Source of the DNA: a virus
Virus record (IMG/VR): IMGVR_UViG_3300030019_000008
DNA length: 64,000 bases
Direction: 5' to 3' (one strand)
Below the pieces are notes generated by a model. That model did no database searches, was not told the DNA's origin, and worked only from the letters and a program-made list of their open reading frames with translations. Below are positions 40,521 to 49,869 of this stretch, one piece after another. The position numbers were made by a program, and so were the translations under genes. How positions within the stretch are numbered: position 1 is the first letter of the stretch; every line of letters starts with the position of its first letter.

Positions 40521-40560
40521 AGATTAGACCTCTGAGCTCATTTGCTCAGAGGTCTAATCT
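40521..40560. terminator. 17-bp perfect hairpin between fibre and adhesin genes
   Basis: AGATTAGACCTCTGAGC-TCATTT-GCTCAGAGGTCTAATCT. Confidence 0.6.
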
Positions 40561-40579
40561 ATTTCTTCAGAGGAAAACC

Positions 40580-41185
40580 ATGACGCTACCTGCATCAGGA
40601 CGTATTTCTTTAACGGACATCAGAACCGAACTCGGCAAAGTTGCCGGAACCAGTATCAGTTTGAATGATGCTGATGTGAGGGCCTTGGCTGGCAAAACCA
40701 GTGGTGCTATCTCATTATCCGATTTCTACGGTAAGAGTAAAATAGTCGCTGGCGTAGTCAATTCATCGCTCGGGTTATCAGAAACAGCTTATACCAACAT
40801 ATTTCAAAGTTCTGCCGCTTGTCAGTTTTACTTAGAAGTAAGTGGGCATGACCACATCTCTTCCGATACCTTAGTAGATGGTAGCTGGGCCACTGGCACA
40901 GTCAATGACTCTGCATATGAGGTCAGGTATACCGTGATCTCGAGCAGCACTCTAGGTGTCACCAGAACGATTTATAATGGTGCATCTAACTGGACAGCAA
41001 TAACGTCCAATGCAGGCAGTATCGTATTCGAAGTTCGCGCTCATTTGGCAAGCACTACTTCGACACAGTCCGTTGACTGTACGGCTACTTTCCTTGTGGA
41101 AATCAGGGCTGTCGGATCAACTACACCGCTGATATCTCAAACACTGAAATTCACAGCAACAGCATCTCCGATAAATGTCGGATAG
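40580..41185 (+). CDS. Tail fibre tip adhesin 1
   Basis: N-terminal LPASGRISLTDIRTELG..ISLNDADVRALAG..SGAISLSDFYGK attachment domain, then a beta-rich domain. Confidence 0.7.
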   Translation: MTLPASGRISLTDIRTELGKVAGTSISLNDADVRALAGKTSGAISLSDFYGKSKIVAGVVNSSLGLSETAYTNIFQSSAACQFYLEVSGHDHISSDTLVDGSWATGTVNDSAYEVRYTVISSSTLGVTRTIYNGASNWTAITSNAGSIVFEVRAHLASTTSTQSVDCTATFLVEIRAVGSTTPLISQTLKFTATASPINVG

Positions 41186-41217
41186 CAATAAAAGATAGAA
41201 CAAAGTGAGGCATTGAA

Positions 41218-41868
41218 ATGGCAGGTCTAAAACCAGTGCTACCATCATCAGGCGCAATATCAATGTCCGATATTCGCAAGATTCTTGGAATGAGCTCCAC
41301 CGACGCCATCAGTTTAAATGATGTTGCGGTCAGGAATCTGGCTGGAATACCCTCAGGACCTATATCTCTTAGTGACTTCTATGGGAAAGCCCCCATAGCA
41401 GTGATCAAGTCCGACATTGGTACAATCAGTACTGGGTATGCTAGCGGAACAACTGTGGACGTTCACATGACGTTCATGATCGAAGATACAGGTAACTGGA
41501 AAATCTACATCACACAAGGTGCATTGGACATTCAAAACAACTATGGTGGTTATGTTTACTCAGGAACATGGGTTGAAGGAGCTGCTCCTACAGATGGTCA
41601 GTTTGAAGTCATGTTTGAGATGGTTTCAGACTCTCTGAATGGAAACAATAACGTCACTATCACAAATGGTGCTCCTGACTGGATGTTGTTGGGGAGTAGT
41701 TCCAATGCCTACGTGCTTTATACAGTTTCACTCGCGAGTAGCTCCAACCTTAGTTTGACTGACAGAAATATCTTCAATGTGAAATTGATAAGTAGCAACG
41801 ATAGTTTGAATGTCCACACCACTCAAGTCATATTCGATCTTGAGGCTATGGTAAATAACAACGGCTAA
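41218..41868 (+). CDS. Tail fibre tip adhesin 2 (paralogue)
   Basis: Same N-terminal LPSSGAISMSDIR..ISLNDVAVRNLAG..SGPISLSDFYGK, with a diverged C-terminal domain. Confidence 0.7.
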   Translation: MAGLKPVLPSSGAISMSDIRKILGMSSTDAISLNDVAVRNLAGIPSGPISLSDFYGKAPIAVIKSDIGTISTGYASGTTVDVHMTFMIEDTGNWKIYITQGALDIQNNYGGYVYSGTWVEGAAPTDGQFEVMFEMVSDSLNGNNNVTITNGAPDWMLLGSSSNAYVLYTVSLASSSNLSLTDRNIFNVKLISSNDSLNVHTTQVIFDLEAMVNNNG

Positions 41869-41880
41869 ACCAGGTATCGG

Positions 41881-41890
41881 AAATCATCTG
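41881..41890 (+). promoter_or_regulatory. Candidate late promoter AAATCATCTG
   Basis: An identical 10-mer lies about 30 nt upstream of the next fibre gene (44669-44678). Confidence 0.35.
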
Positions 41891-41920
41891 GTTATCTCAA
41901 ACTTTTTAACGGAGTAGCAT

Positions 41921-44605
41921 ATGTCCGACGATGATTACGTGGGCAAAAAGATCTTGCGCTATCCGCTTGACTTGACGGGGAAGAGCGCTGACAACTTTGT
42001 CAGTGGAGAGCCCCATACACTCGTGCCGCACACCAACCGAGTGTTCGTTCCTGACTACGGTCCCTTCTTTGGCGATACGATCACTTTGGTTGATGCGAGC
42101 ACTGGAAAAACTCTGACTCCTCGAGTTCAGTATCTGCCCATCCAGTCCGTGGCATCGGCTACTGCCAGGTCAGGTCAGGATGTTTGTGGTGCAGTTGCGA
42201 TCATTGATCCGGCTGTCTCCAATAACATTCAGTTCTCTGGTCAGATGACCGGTGGACCGTACATCCTGATGGTGCAAGCTTTGATTGACATGATTGCCAC
42301 AGTGGATGTGGATACTCGTGTCTTCAACTATGGAGAGATTGTTGGTAAACCCAACCTCTTTCCTGTCGGGCATCACTTGCACGATATCGGTGATAGCTAT
42401 GGCTTTGAGTATCTGGTATATGTGCTCGAAGACATCCGTCAGGCCATTCTCAATGGCAATGTGAATGCGCTCGATGCTTTGCGCAACTACATCGACAACC
42501 TGATGGCGACTCACAAGGTCAGTCACGATCACGATTGGCTGTATTACACCAAGGGTGAAGTTTGGACAAAGCAGGAAGCCGATGATCGATATCTGAAGCG
42601 CACCGACTACTCCAATGCCATTACGATCGATGGACCGACCAGTTTGCCCCGTGGGGCTACGGGTAGTTTTCACATCACCAACTACGACATTTACAGCAGC
42701 TACAGCGCTGTACTCGATGGCGGAGCAGTGTCTTTTTACTCTTGGCCAACTGATCAGACCAAGGGTAACAGCGCATTCATGCTGACCATCCCGGACAACA
42801 TGCCGTTGGGTTCCCAGAACTTGACAATCAAGTGTAATTCGTCCAGTCGAGTTATCCCGCTGATGATCACTGATACTGGCATAAACAAACCTGCACTCTC
42901 TGGCACGTTGTACGACAGTGATCCGACCTGGGTAATTGCTGGCTCAAACTTCAGCGTGAAGGCTGGTAACACCGATACGCTGGCTGCATGTGAGTGGGTA
43001 GTTACCAATACCAGCACCGGTGCCGAGTACTATCATCAGACCATCGCTGGCACTAATGGTGGCACCATCACGCTCACTGGTCTGCCTGTCTCTACGACGT
43101 TCTCTGCAAAGGTGCGCTATAAGGGAGCAACTCTGGGCTGGAGTGACTGGTCTGATCCGATCAGTGTCACTACCAAGGACACGTATGTAATTGTGGTGTC
43201 TGCGACGATTGAGAAACCTACTATCACGGCCACTCCTTCGACCGTTGATGCATCGGTTGCATTCCAGATGAGTCAGTTCAAACTGAGCTCTGGATCGGAT
43301 ACGCCATACAGCTACGACTACATAGTCGCACTGGCTGACTCGTGGCTGCCTCAGATCACTGCCTATGACAGACTGTGCAATGGCTCTACCGCACCGTCTT
43401 TCAGCGAGACCCTCAAGCTCGATACCAGTTATCGAATTTCGGCACGCTTCAAGGGTGCCTCTGGTGAGTATTCTGATTGGTCCGATTATGCCGTATTCAA
43501 AACCAGAGCGGCCTTTGTGGCGATGACGGGTGCCACTACCGACATCGGAACGGTCAATGTGGCAACTTCGGGTGGTGGTCAGCCTCCTACCGTAACAGCT
43601 TCTCCTGCGCCATCCAATGCATCGGGCGCCCAGACGTATCATTGGCATTATGTCTCGGGTGACTCCAGCATCGCGTGTAATTCCCCGAACACTGCTGCGG
43701 CTTACTTCTCTGGAAGTGGGAATGCCACTGCATATTGGGCTTGCACGATCATGGAGATCAATGCGGCAGGTTCTCCTGTTTATTGGGAGACTCCGTCTGT
43801 TAAGGTGGTGTCTGGTTCTGGTAGCGCAGTGGTCGGCACATTCCAGTACCCTCTTCTGAGTGCGACGATCGAGAAGACACCCATCACAACCGCGGCAGTG
43901 GTATCGGCTACTCCTGGTAGTTCGATGGCTATTCAGAGCGGTAGCATCAGAGCCATCCCTGGACCCTACAACGCTGACTCGTGCAGTTACACGTGGGAAT
44001 ACGGCGGTGGTACTCAGTTCACCATCAACAACCAGACATCGCAAGCGACCACGTTTACGTATAACTGGAAGTATGGTGATGATGCAACAGTCACGGGTTC
44101 TTATCGCTGCAAGATTACTCAAGGTGGTGTGTCGTATTACACCGGCTGGTTGAATGTGATCTTTACGACGACTGCTGGAAACAGCTCCTCTGCTGTTCTG
44201 AAGTCTAGCCTGGGTACAAGTGGTCCATACAGACTGGATGACATGGACCCGTCAGTGGAGTTCTACATCAGTGTGAACGGGACGTGGTCAGTTAGCAAGG
44301 GTGGTGGCATTATTGCGACTGGTACGTGGTGTACTGGTGGTACGCCCAATGCTGATGAGTTCCAGGTGAAGATCTCTCGCGGTGGGGCATTCGTGCCATC
44401 CAACACCACGGTGCTCAACAATGCTGTCAACTGGACTTCTTTGGGGTCTGCGTCGTTCAGCATCAACACCACCAGCAACTCTGCGACGGAAGAGACCTTT
44501 AACGACACCGTTACGGTGAGCATCAATCGAGTTAATGGCACTGGAAGCACTCTGACTGAAACTTTCAGTATGGGTGTGACTGCCTCTATCTCCAATAACA
44601 GTTAA
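41921..44605 (+). CDS. Tail fibre with FN3/Ig-like repeats (phiKZ gp145/146-like anchor)
   Basis: YPLDLTG anchor domain, VRY..GWSDWSD FN3-type repeats, and a C-terminal adhesin-like module. Confidence 0.8.
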   Translation: MSDDDYVGKKILRYPLDLTGKSADNFVSGEPHTLVPHTNRVFVPDYGPFFGDTITLVDASTGKTLTPRVQYLPIQSVASATARSGQDVCGAVAIIDPAVSNNIQFSGQMTGGPYILMVQALIDMIATVDVDTRVFNYGEIVGKPNLFPVGHHLHDIGDSYGFEYLVYVLEDIRQAILNGNVNALDALRNYIDNLMATHKVSHDHDWLYYTKGEVWTKQEADDRYLKRTDYSNAITIDGPTSLPRGATGSFHITNYDIYSSYSAVLDGGAVSFYSWPTDQTKGNSAFMLTIPDNMPLGSQNLTIKCNSSSRVIPLMITDTGINKPALSGTLYDSDPTWVIAGSNFSVKAGNTDTLAACEWVVTNTSTGAEYYHQTIAGTNGGTITLTGLPVSTTFSAKVRYKGATLGWSDWSDPISVTTKDTYVIVVSATIEKPTITATPSTVDASVAFQMSQFKLSSGSDTPYSYDYIVALADSWLPQITAYDRLCNGSTAPSFSETLKLDTSYRISARFKGASGEYSDWSDYAVFKTRAAFVAMTGATTDIGTVNVATSGGGQPPTVTASPAPSNASGAQTYHWHYVSGDSSIACNSPNTAAAYFSGSGNATAYWACTIMEINAAGSPVYWETPSVKVVSGSGSAVVGTFQYPLLSATIEKTPITTAAVVSATPGSSMAIQSGSIRAIPGPYNADSCSYTWEYGGGTQFTINNQTSQATTFTYNWKYGDDATVTGSYRCKITQGGVSYYTGWLNVIFTTTAGNSSSAVLKSSLGTSGPYRLDDMDPSVEFYISVNGTWSVSKGGGIIATGTWCTGGTPNADEFQVKISRGGAFVPSNTTVLNNAVNWTSLGSASFSINTTSNSATEETFNDTVTVSINRVNGTGSTLTETFSMGVTASISNNS

Positions 44606-44617
44606 GAAGTAATACAT

Positions 44618-44651
44618 ACTACACTGGGAGGATAATACCTCCCAGTGTAGT
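44618..44651. terminator. 14-bp perfect hairpin
   Basis: ACTACACTGGGAGG-ATAATA-CCTCCCAGTGTAGT followed by CTTTTATGC. Confidence 0.7.
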
Positions 44652-44705
44652 CTTTTATGCTTCATTTCAAATCATCTGAGTTCACGAATGAATGAAGGAA
44701 TGAAC

Positions 44706-47024
44706 ATGTCACAAACAAGCATTGTCTTGCCTCTTGACTATACCGGGAAAGCAGCGACTAACCTGATCAAGGATGAAGAGCAAGAACTTGTTGGCAGCGG
44801 CAGTTATTTGGTCGGTGCTGACTGGGGACCGTTTTATGGAAAGCCAATTGATGTGGTGGTTGGTGGTGTTAGACTGGTGCGTGGCGTCGATTATGTGCCT
44901 GCTGGTATTGACTCCTACCTATCGAAAAGAACTGGTAAGGAAGTGCTCACGGGCATTGTCATTACTGCATTTACACAAGAAACAAAGGCGATCATTAGCT
45001 ATCAGGCAGTAGGTGGACCTGTCAATGTCAACCAGAAGCTTCTTCGCCAACAAGTCGCAAACGAAAAGATAGGGCACCAGGCGGCTAACTGGAATACCAG
45101 TGTGGTTAACAAGCCTCTCGCCTATCAACCGGTGCATCACCTACACGATGGTGGCCTGGATGTGTATGGGATGGAGTACATTGTGTCTGTGCTCAGGGGT
45201 ATCGCAGATGCTACTGTGATTGGCATCGATCCTACTCTGGATCTGCTGAAGAAACGCATGCAGGATTATCTGTCGAAGCACGTCCTCAGCCACGATCACA
45301 GTGACCTGTACTATGAAAAGTATCAGGAATACACGCGTCCTGAAATGGAAGAGCGGTTTCTCAACAAACTCTCTGCCAGTAATACGACCTCTGTCTCAGG
45401 TGCTGTGGAGGTGTATCAAGGAACCGCTGCCAAGTTCCAGATCACCAACTTCGATAATCGAAGCGTCTATTCGGTCTCGATGGATGGTGCTACGGTGTCT
45501 TGGTTCTCCTGGAATGAAGACAACTATGGCAATGATGGTTTTGCTATCAACATTCCTGCATCCATGCCTGCTGGTGATTATCAATACACCATCATCTGCG
45601 ATTCTGCATCAAGGACTCTGCCTTTGAAAGTGAAGGGCGGTGCACTGGCTACGCCTACCGTCTATGCCAATCTGTTCGATACTGAACCTACGGTCACGTA
45701 TTCGGGTTCAGCATTCGCTGTGACAAACGGTAGTGACACCGGTGACCAGGCTGAGTTGATGGTGACCAATACAGCGACAGGCGTAGTGATTTATGACCAG
45801 ACTGTCTCATTGGTTAATGGAACACTGCCATCTACCACGTTAACGAATCTGGCACTTGATACCCAGTTTGATGCTAAGGTGAGGTATCGTGGTGTTCAAT
45901 ATGGCTGGACTCAGTGGTCGGCAGTGGTGTCTGTCAAAACCAAGGTTACATACGTAGTGACGCCACCACCTGACCCTACACCTGATCCTACTCCCGTGCC
46001 GGTCATTTCGGTTAACAAACCCGTGTTGTCTCTGACCCAGGACATCTACACTCCGACTGCTCATTGCTCTGGTAGTGATTTTGCTATGACCAATGACACC
46101 ACCGGCACTTTCAAGCAGTATGTGGCGAAGTATTACGATGTCAGTAATCCCACTGCTGTAGTTTTTGTCAGTGGTGCTGATAACTGGTCAAGCACCCATG
46201 GTAGCAAAGGCCCGACCTTTGACTTGAGTGTCTCCGCTGGTAAGACGTATAAGGCAGCCATTCAGTACAAGTCGTCTGATGGCTATACGAGCGATTGGTC
46301 TGATGAGGTGCAGTTTACCACACTGGCTGACTACACCCCTGTTCCCTATCAAGTGAACTTCGAAATCTCACCTGATGTCTCATACATCAAATATACAAAT
46401 GAGAATCACTACAAGTATCTGGTGATGTACTATTTGAATATTGCTGGGTTTTCAGCCAGTCAGTTTGATGTGACGGGCTTCAGTGGCGACACTACTTTCC
46501 GAAGTATGACGTACGGGATCAAGTACAACATCGACCATTGGTTTGGTGGGGACAGTAGCGGGTATTCGTTCAACATCGTTGATCCCAACAGTAGTGCCTG
46601 GGATAGTTTCACCGCAGCAAGTAATCCCAGTACGTATGTGTATGAGTCCGGCACATACGACAATACCCAGAGCTCGGCGATTGCCACATCTTCATTGGTG
46701 GCAGGCACAGTGACCATCAATGGTGTGGCGTACAACGCATTCAGGTCTTTCACCAAGGACGTGTATGTGAACTCGTTCTATCAGAGTGAAACAGATGGTG
46801 GGAGTGGATCGGGCACGTTCTTTGCGGACAGCAATCCGACAGTCTGTGGTGATGGTGTGGATAAGACCATCGCCGATATCAGTCTGCAGTTTGGATCTGG
46901 TAATAGGCTGGTGAACATTGGCAGTTGCCGCATGTTTGAACCATCGGGTGGCTCATTCACAGCCAAACTCAAAGTTCAACTCAAGAAGCAATACTGGCCT
47001 GTTGGTAATTATTCCTATTACTAA
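44706..47024 (+). CDS. Tail fibre paralogue with FN3-like repeats
   Basis: LPLDYTG anchor domain. Colinear with 41921-44605 through the FN3 repeats, then an unrelated C-terminus. Pro-rich linker PPPDPTPDPTPVP. Confidence 0.8.
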   Translation: MSQTSIVLPLDYTGKAATNLIKDEEQELVGSGSYLVGADWGPFYGKPIDVVVGGVRLVRGVDYVPAGIDSYLSKRTGKEVLTGIVITAFTQETKAIISYQAVGGPVNVNQKLLRQQVANEKIGHQAANWNTSVVNKPLAYQPVHHLHDGGLDVYGMEYIVSVLRGIADATVIGIDPTLDLLKKRMQDYLSKHVLSHDHSDLYYEKYQEYTRPEMEERFLNKLSASNTTSVSGAVEVYQGTAAKFQITNFDNRSVYSVSMDGATVSWFSWNEDNYGNDGFAINIPASMPAGDYQYTIICDSASRTLPLKVKGGALATPTVYANLFDTEPTVTYSGSAFAVTNGSDTGDQAELMVTNTATGVVIYDQTVSLVNGTLPSTTLTNLALDTQFDAKVRYRGVQYGWTQWSAVVSVKTKVTYVVTPPPDPTPDPTPVPVISVNKPVLSLTQDIYTPTAHCSGSDFAMTNDTTGTFKQYVAKYYDVSNPTAVVFVSGADNWSSTHGSKGPTFDLSVSAGKTYKAAIQYKSSDGYTSDWSDEVQFTTLADYTPVPYQVNFEISPDVSYIKYTNENHYKYLVMYYLNIAGFSASQFDVTGFSGDTTFRSMTYGIKYNIDHWFGGDSSGYSFNIVDPNSSAWDSFTAASNPSTYVYESGTYDNTQSSAIATSSLVAGTVTINGVAYNAFRSFTKDVYVNSFYQSETDGGSGSGTFFADSNPTVCGDGVDKTIADISLQFGSGNRLVNIGSCRMFEPSGGSFTAKLKVQLKKQYWPVGNYSYY

Positions 47025-47026
47025 CA

Positions 47027-47132
47027 ATATGAGCTCTTAGAGACGTTTTTATGTTTTAGATACACACTTAGTGGTCTTAGACATTTAAACGTCTCCTAGG
47101 GCTTGTATCGGTCACTAAAAAGTGTTATACAA
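47027..47132 (+). promoter_or_regulatory. Long imperfect RNA hairpin in the endolysin leader
   Basis: GAGACGTTT/AAACGTCTC core extended by ATGT/ACAT, AGAT/GTCT and CAC/GTG, with several G:U pairs on the + strand. Confidence 0.5.
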
Positions 47133-47150
47133 CAGAAAGAGGAACCACAA

Positions 47151-48158
47151 ATGAGTTTTCTTGCATCAATCAATGACTCTCTGAAGAGCTTCTTCGTCAG
47201 AGCATCTTCCAGTGTGAAACGATACCGCACCATCAGTCTGACTGTCGCGTGTCTGGTCGGTATCTATGTCACGAAACATTTCTTCGACAAGACCGGTGAC
47301 TCGATGCTTGCTTCGGGTGTTTCGATCCTTCAGACCTTCTGGGCAATTGCTCTGGGTGTGCTTGCAGTCAAGATGGTCTATGACTATAAGGAAGCGGATA
47401 CCCGCACCCACATGGACTCGGCTCTGAATGATAAGAACGTCGGCTCTGGTCTGGTTGTTCTAGCCAAGACTCTGGCCACGATCTTCTTCATTGGTCTGTT
47501 TGCCAGGGTCACGATGGCGGCGGATCAGTTCCCGCCGAACTTCTACAAGATCGAACCCACCATCAAGGCCGAACAGCAGCGCTGGTGGAGCGATCACCCT
47601 CAACCTTCCACTCTTCGCGCTCTGGCTGAACAGGAATCATGTGTCTCTCTCAAGTCACCGAAGTGCATGAATCCGAAGGCTCGTCTGAAAACTTCTCGTG
47701 AAGAAGGCGCCGGCATCGGTCAGATCACTCGTGCTTACCGTAAGGATGGCAGTCTGCGAATGGATATGCTCGCTACCTTGCGGCAGCAGCATAAGGAAGC
47801 TCTGGGTGAGATGACGTGGAGCAACATCTACGAACGTCCCGATCTTCAGATTCGTTCTCTCGTCATATTGTCCAAAGACGCCTATCGCCCCTTTCGCAAA
47901 TTGGGCGTGAATGGTCTGGACTTTGCTGACAGTGCCTACAACGGTGGTCCCAATGACGTGATCAAATCCAGGAGGGTCTGTGCACTCAAGAAAGGATGCA
48001 ATCCCGATGTCTGGTTCGGCAATGTCGCGAATTATCTCGTTAAGTCGAAGACTCCCATTTATGGAACTCGTTCTGCTTACGACATTAATCTTGAACATGT
48101 GCGGAATGTTCGATTGATTCGTCGACCCAAGTATGCCAGATACCTGCACGAAATCTGA
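47151..48158 (+). CDS. Lytic transglycosylase endolysin fused to an N-terminal 3-TM holin-like domain
   Basis: AGAGGA SD, three hydrophobic helices, then EQES...GAGIGQIT...AYNGG lysozyme-fold motifs. Confidence 0.8.
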   Translation: MSFLASINDSLKSFFVRASSSVKRYRTISLTVACLVGIYVTKHFFDKTGDSMLASGVSILQTFWAIALGVLAVKMVYDYKEADTRTHMDSALNDKNVGSGLVVLAKTLATIFFIGLFARVTMAADQFPPNFYKIEPTIKAEQQRWWSDHPQPSTLRALAEQESCVSLKSPKCMNPKARLKTSREEGAGIGQITRAYRKDGSLRMDMLATLRQQHKEALGEMTWSNIYERPDLQIRSLVILSKDAYRPFRKLGVNGLDFADSAYNGGPNDVIKSRRVCALKKGCNPDVWFGNVANYLVKSKTPIYGTRSAYDINLEHVRNVRLIRRPKYARYLHEI

Positions 48159-48169
48159 TACGGCAAATA

Positions 48170-48206
48170 CCCTACTACCGGATGCTTCGAGCATCCGGTA
48201 GTAGGG
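48170..48206. terminator. 16/17-bp perfect hairpin between convergent genes
   Basis: CCCTACTACCGGATGC-TTCGA-GCATCCGGTAGTAGGG followed by ATATGCTG. Confidence 0.75.
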
Positions 48207-48216
48207 ATATGCTGTC

Positions 48217-48999
48217 TTATTCAGACTTGTCTTCGCCTTCACCATCGTCATCAGGCTTGTTCTCGCCCTTGTCCTTGTCATCACCTTCATCGTCATCCTT
48301 GTTGGAATCAGGTTCCGGTTCAGTGCTGGACTGAGGATCAGGCCTGGGTTCATTGTCCTCGATATCGGGATTCTCCACGCCTTTGAGACCCAGATACGGA
48401 TTCGGACGAAGGAAGACCGTCTCGAAGAGCGTCTTGATCTTGGCTTTCTCTTCAGGAGTCTGCTGTTCAGCAGGAGCCACGATAGCTTCTTCAAGATCGA
48501 TCGGGAGTTCAGGAATCTCACCTTGGAAATCCTGCACTTCCAGCTCGATGCGTACCCAGGGCTGGTATTGACCATTGGGACCCGGATAAACATCCACTTC
48601 CCACTTCAAGGCATCGCTATCACCCACCTTGAACGTGTAGCGATCCTTCATCATCCCAGCTTCGCACATGCCCTTGAACTGAGTGAACATCTGCTCAGTG
48701 GAAGGCGCATTGGTTTCATTGTCACCACCCTTGGGGGAAGCAGTCTTGATGGTAAAGGTGAATGTGGGTTCGGTGCTACCCTTGGCAACAGCTTTACGAA
48801 CACGCATTCGTCCGCCGATGAGGTTGTGTTCGGACTTTTCAACCTTCACCTCATATTGCTCTTGCTGTTCCATCGAAGAAGCACCTTGAAGCTGACTCAC
48901 ATCCTTCATGCGGCCGTAGAAAACTCGCTCGTCTTCGTGTTCGATGGTCTTATCATCGCTCTCCAAAGAGGGGCGAAGCAGTTGTCTGATACCACGCAT
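48217..48999 (-). CDS. CYTH / triphosphate tunnel metalloenzyme-like protein
   Basis: ExExR (HEDERVF), RVRK, TIK, KDRY, WEVDVY and IELEV motifs. N-terminal SLE site and acidic tail. Confidence 0.7.
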   Translation of the reverse strand: MRGIRQLLRPSLESDDKTIEHEDERVFYGRMKDVSQLQGASSMEQQEQYEVKVEKSEHNLIGGRMRVRKAVAKGSTEPTFTFTIKTASPKGGDNETNAPSTEQMFTQFKGMCEAGMMKDRYTFKVGDSDALKWEVDVYPGPNGQYQPWVRIELEVQDFQGEIPELPIDLEEAIVAPAEQQTPEEKAKIKTLFETVFLRPNPYLGLKGVENPDIEDNEPRPDPQSSTEPEPDSNKDDDEGDDKDKGENKPDDDGEGEDKSE

Positions 49000-49009
49000 G
49001 GGTGGCTCC

Positions 49010-49495
49010 TTATGTTGAGAAGATTATCTTCAGCAACTCCGTGATTGTTTTCAGGATGCTGCTGATCAGATCAGAATCGGGTGCCTTGGCACTCGAGATA
49101 GCCAAATAGACACTCATGCTTATTAGCAGAATGAATCCTGCAAATAAGCTCCAGAGGATTGTCTTGATGAACCGAAACTGAAACAGCTTAAACTGTCTGG
49201 TTTCTCGTCTCAGGATTGCATCTTCTTTTGCATCCTTACTACGAACACCTAGCCTGCGATTCTTCGGGTTGACAATCACTTCATATAGAATGCGAACCTG
49301 CGTGGCTTCAGGCAGACTGCGGAATGTACCTTCCAGATCCATTCCGCTAGTAGCTGCGGTCACACGAGGCAGATCCAGCTCCTGATCCGTTATGGCGTGA
49401 TTGATGGCCAGCATGAATGCCGCTAGCCAGTTTTCTTTACTCTTGGCAATTACGTCATCTCTTTCAAAACTTTCGAAGAAGTGTTTGACAATCAT
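49010..49495 (-). CDS. Membrane protein in lysis cluster (holin/antiholin candidate)
   Basis: C-terminal TM helix plus amphipathic helix, downstream of the spanins. Confidence 0.55.
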   Translation of the reverse strand: MIVKHFFESFERDDVIAKSKENWLAAFMLAINHAITDQELDLPRVTAATSGMDLEGTFRSLPEATQVRILYEVIVNPKNRRLGVRSKDAKEDAILRRETRQFKLFQFRFIKTILWSLFAGFILLISMSVYLAISSAKAPDSDLISSILKTITELLKIIFST

Positions 49496-49497
49496 AT

Positions 49498-49830
49498 TCA
49501 GTCCTTGCGGGCTTTATCCCGCAGAGCTTTTTGTTGTGTCTGGTCTTGCGCAATTGCTTTCTTGTCAGCATTGCAATTGGCAATGGCCTTGACTGCTTCG
49601 GAATAAGTATCAAGCCACATCTTTTCTTTGTCCACCCACTGAGGGAGGCCGTTGTAGACATCCTGGTTCGGTGGCTGGGGAGTGACGCAAGGTATCAGCA
49701 ATGCCTCGGGCACATACCAAGACGTATCGACCTCAGCCGTTTTGGTAATGGCGGTCTGACAGCCCGTGAGCACCAGTGTAGCAAGACTGATGAGAAACAA
49801 AGAAGTAAACTTGACGTAGAACGTTTTCAT
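49498..49830 (-). CDS. Rz1: o-spanin lipoprotein
   Basis: LVLTG/C lipobox, PEALLIPC..PQPP and NCNADKKAI. Confidence 0.75.
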   Translation of the reverse strand: MKTFYVKFTSLFLISLATLVLTGCQTAITKTAEVDTSWYVPEALLIPCVTPQPPNQDVYNGLPQWVDKEKMWLDTYSEAVKAIANCNADKKAIAQDQTQQKALRDKARKD

Positions 49831-49869
49831 GATACTTTTTTCCCTTGATTAGTTACGAGTGCTGATGTT

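Noticed and set aside
37449-47024. Diversity-generating retroelement or invertible tail-fibre cassette
   Set aside because: No reverse transcriptase or invertase, no near-identical TR/VR pair, no flanking inverted sites. Paralogy is only at the protein level.
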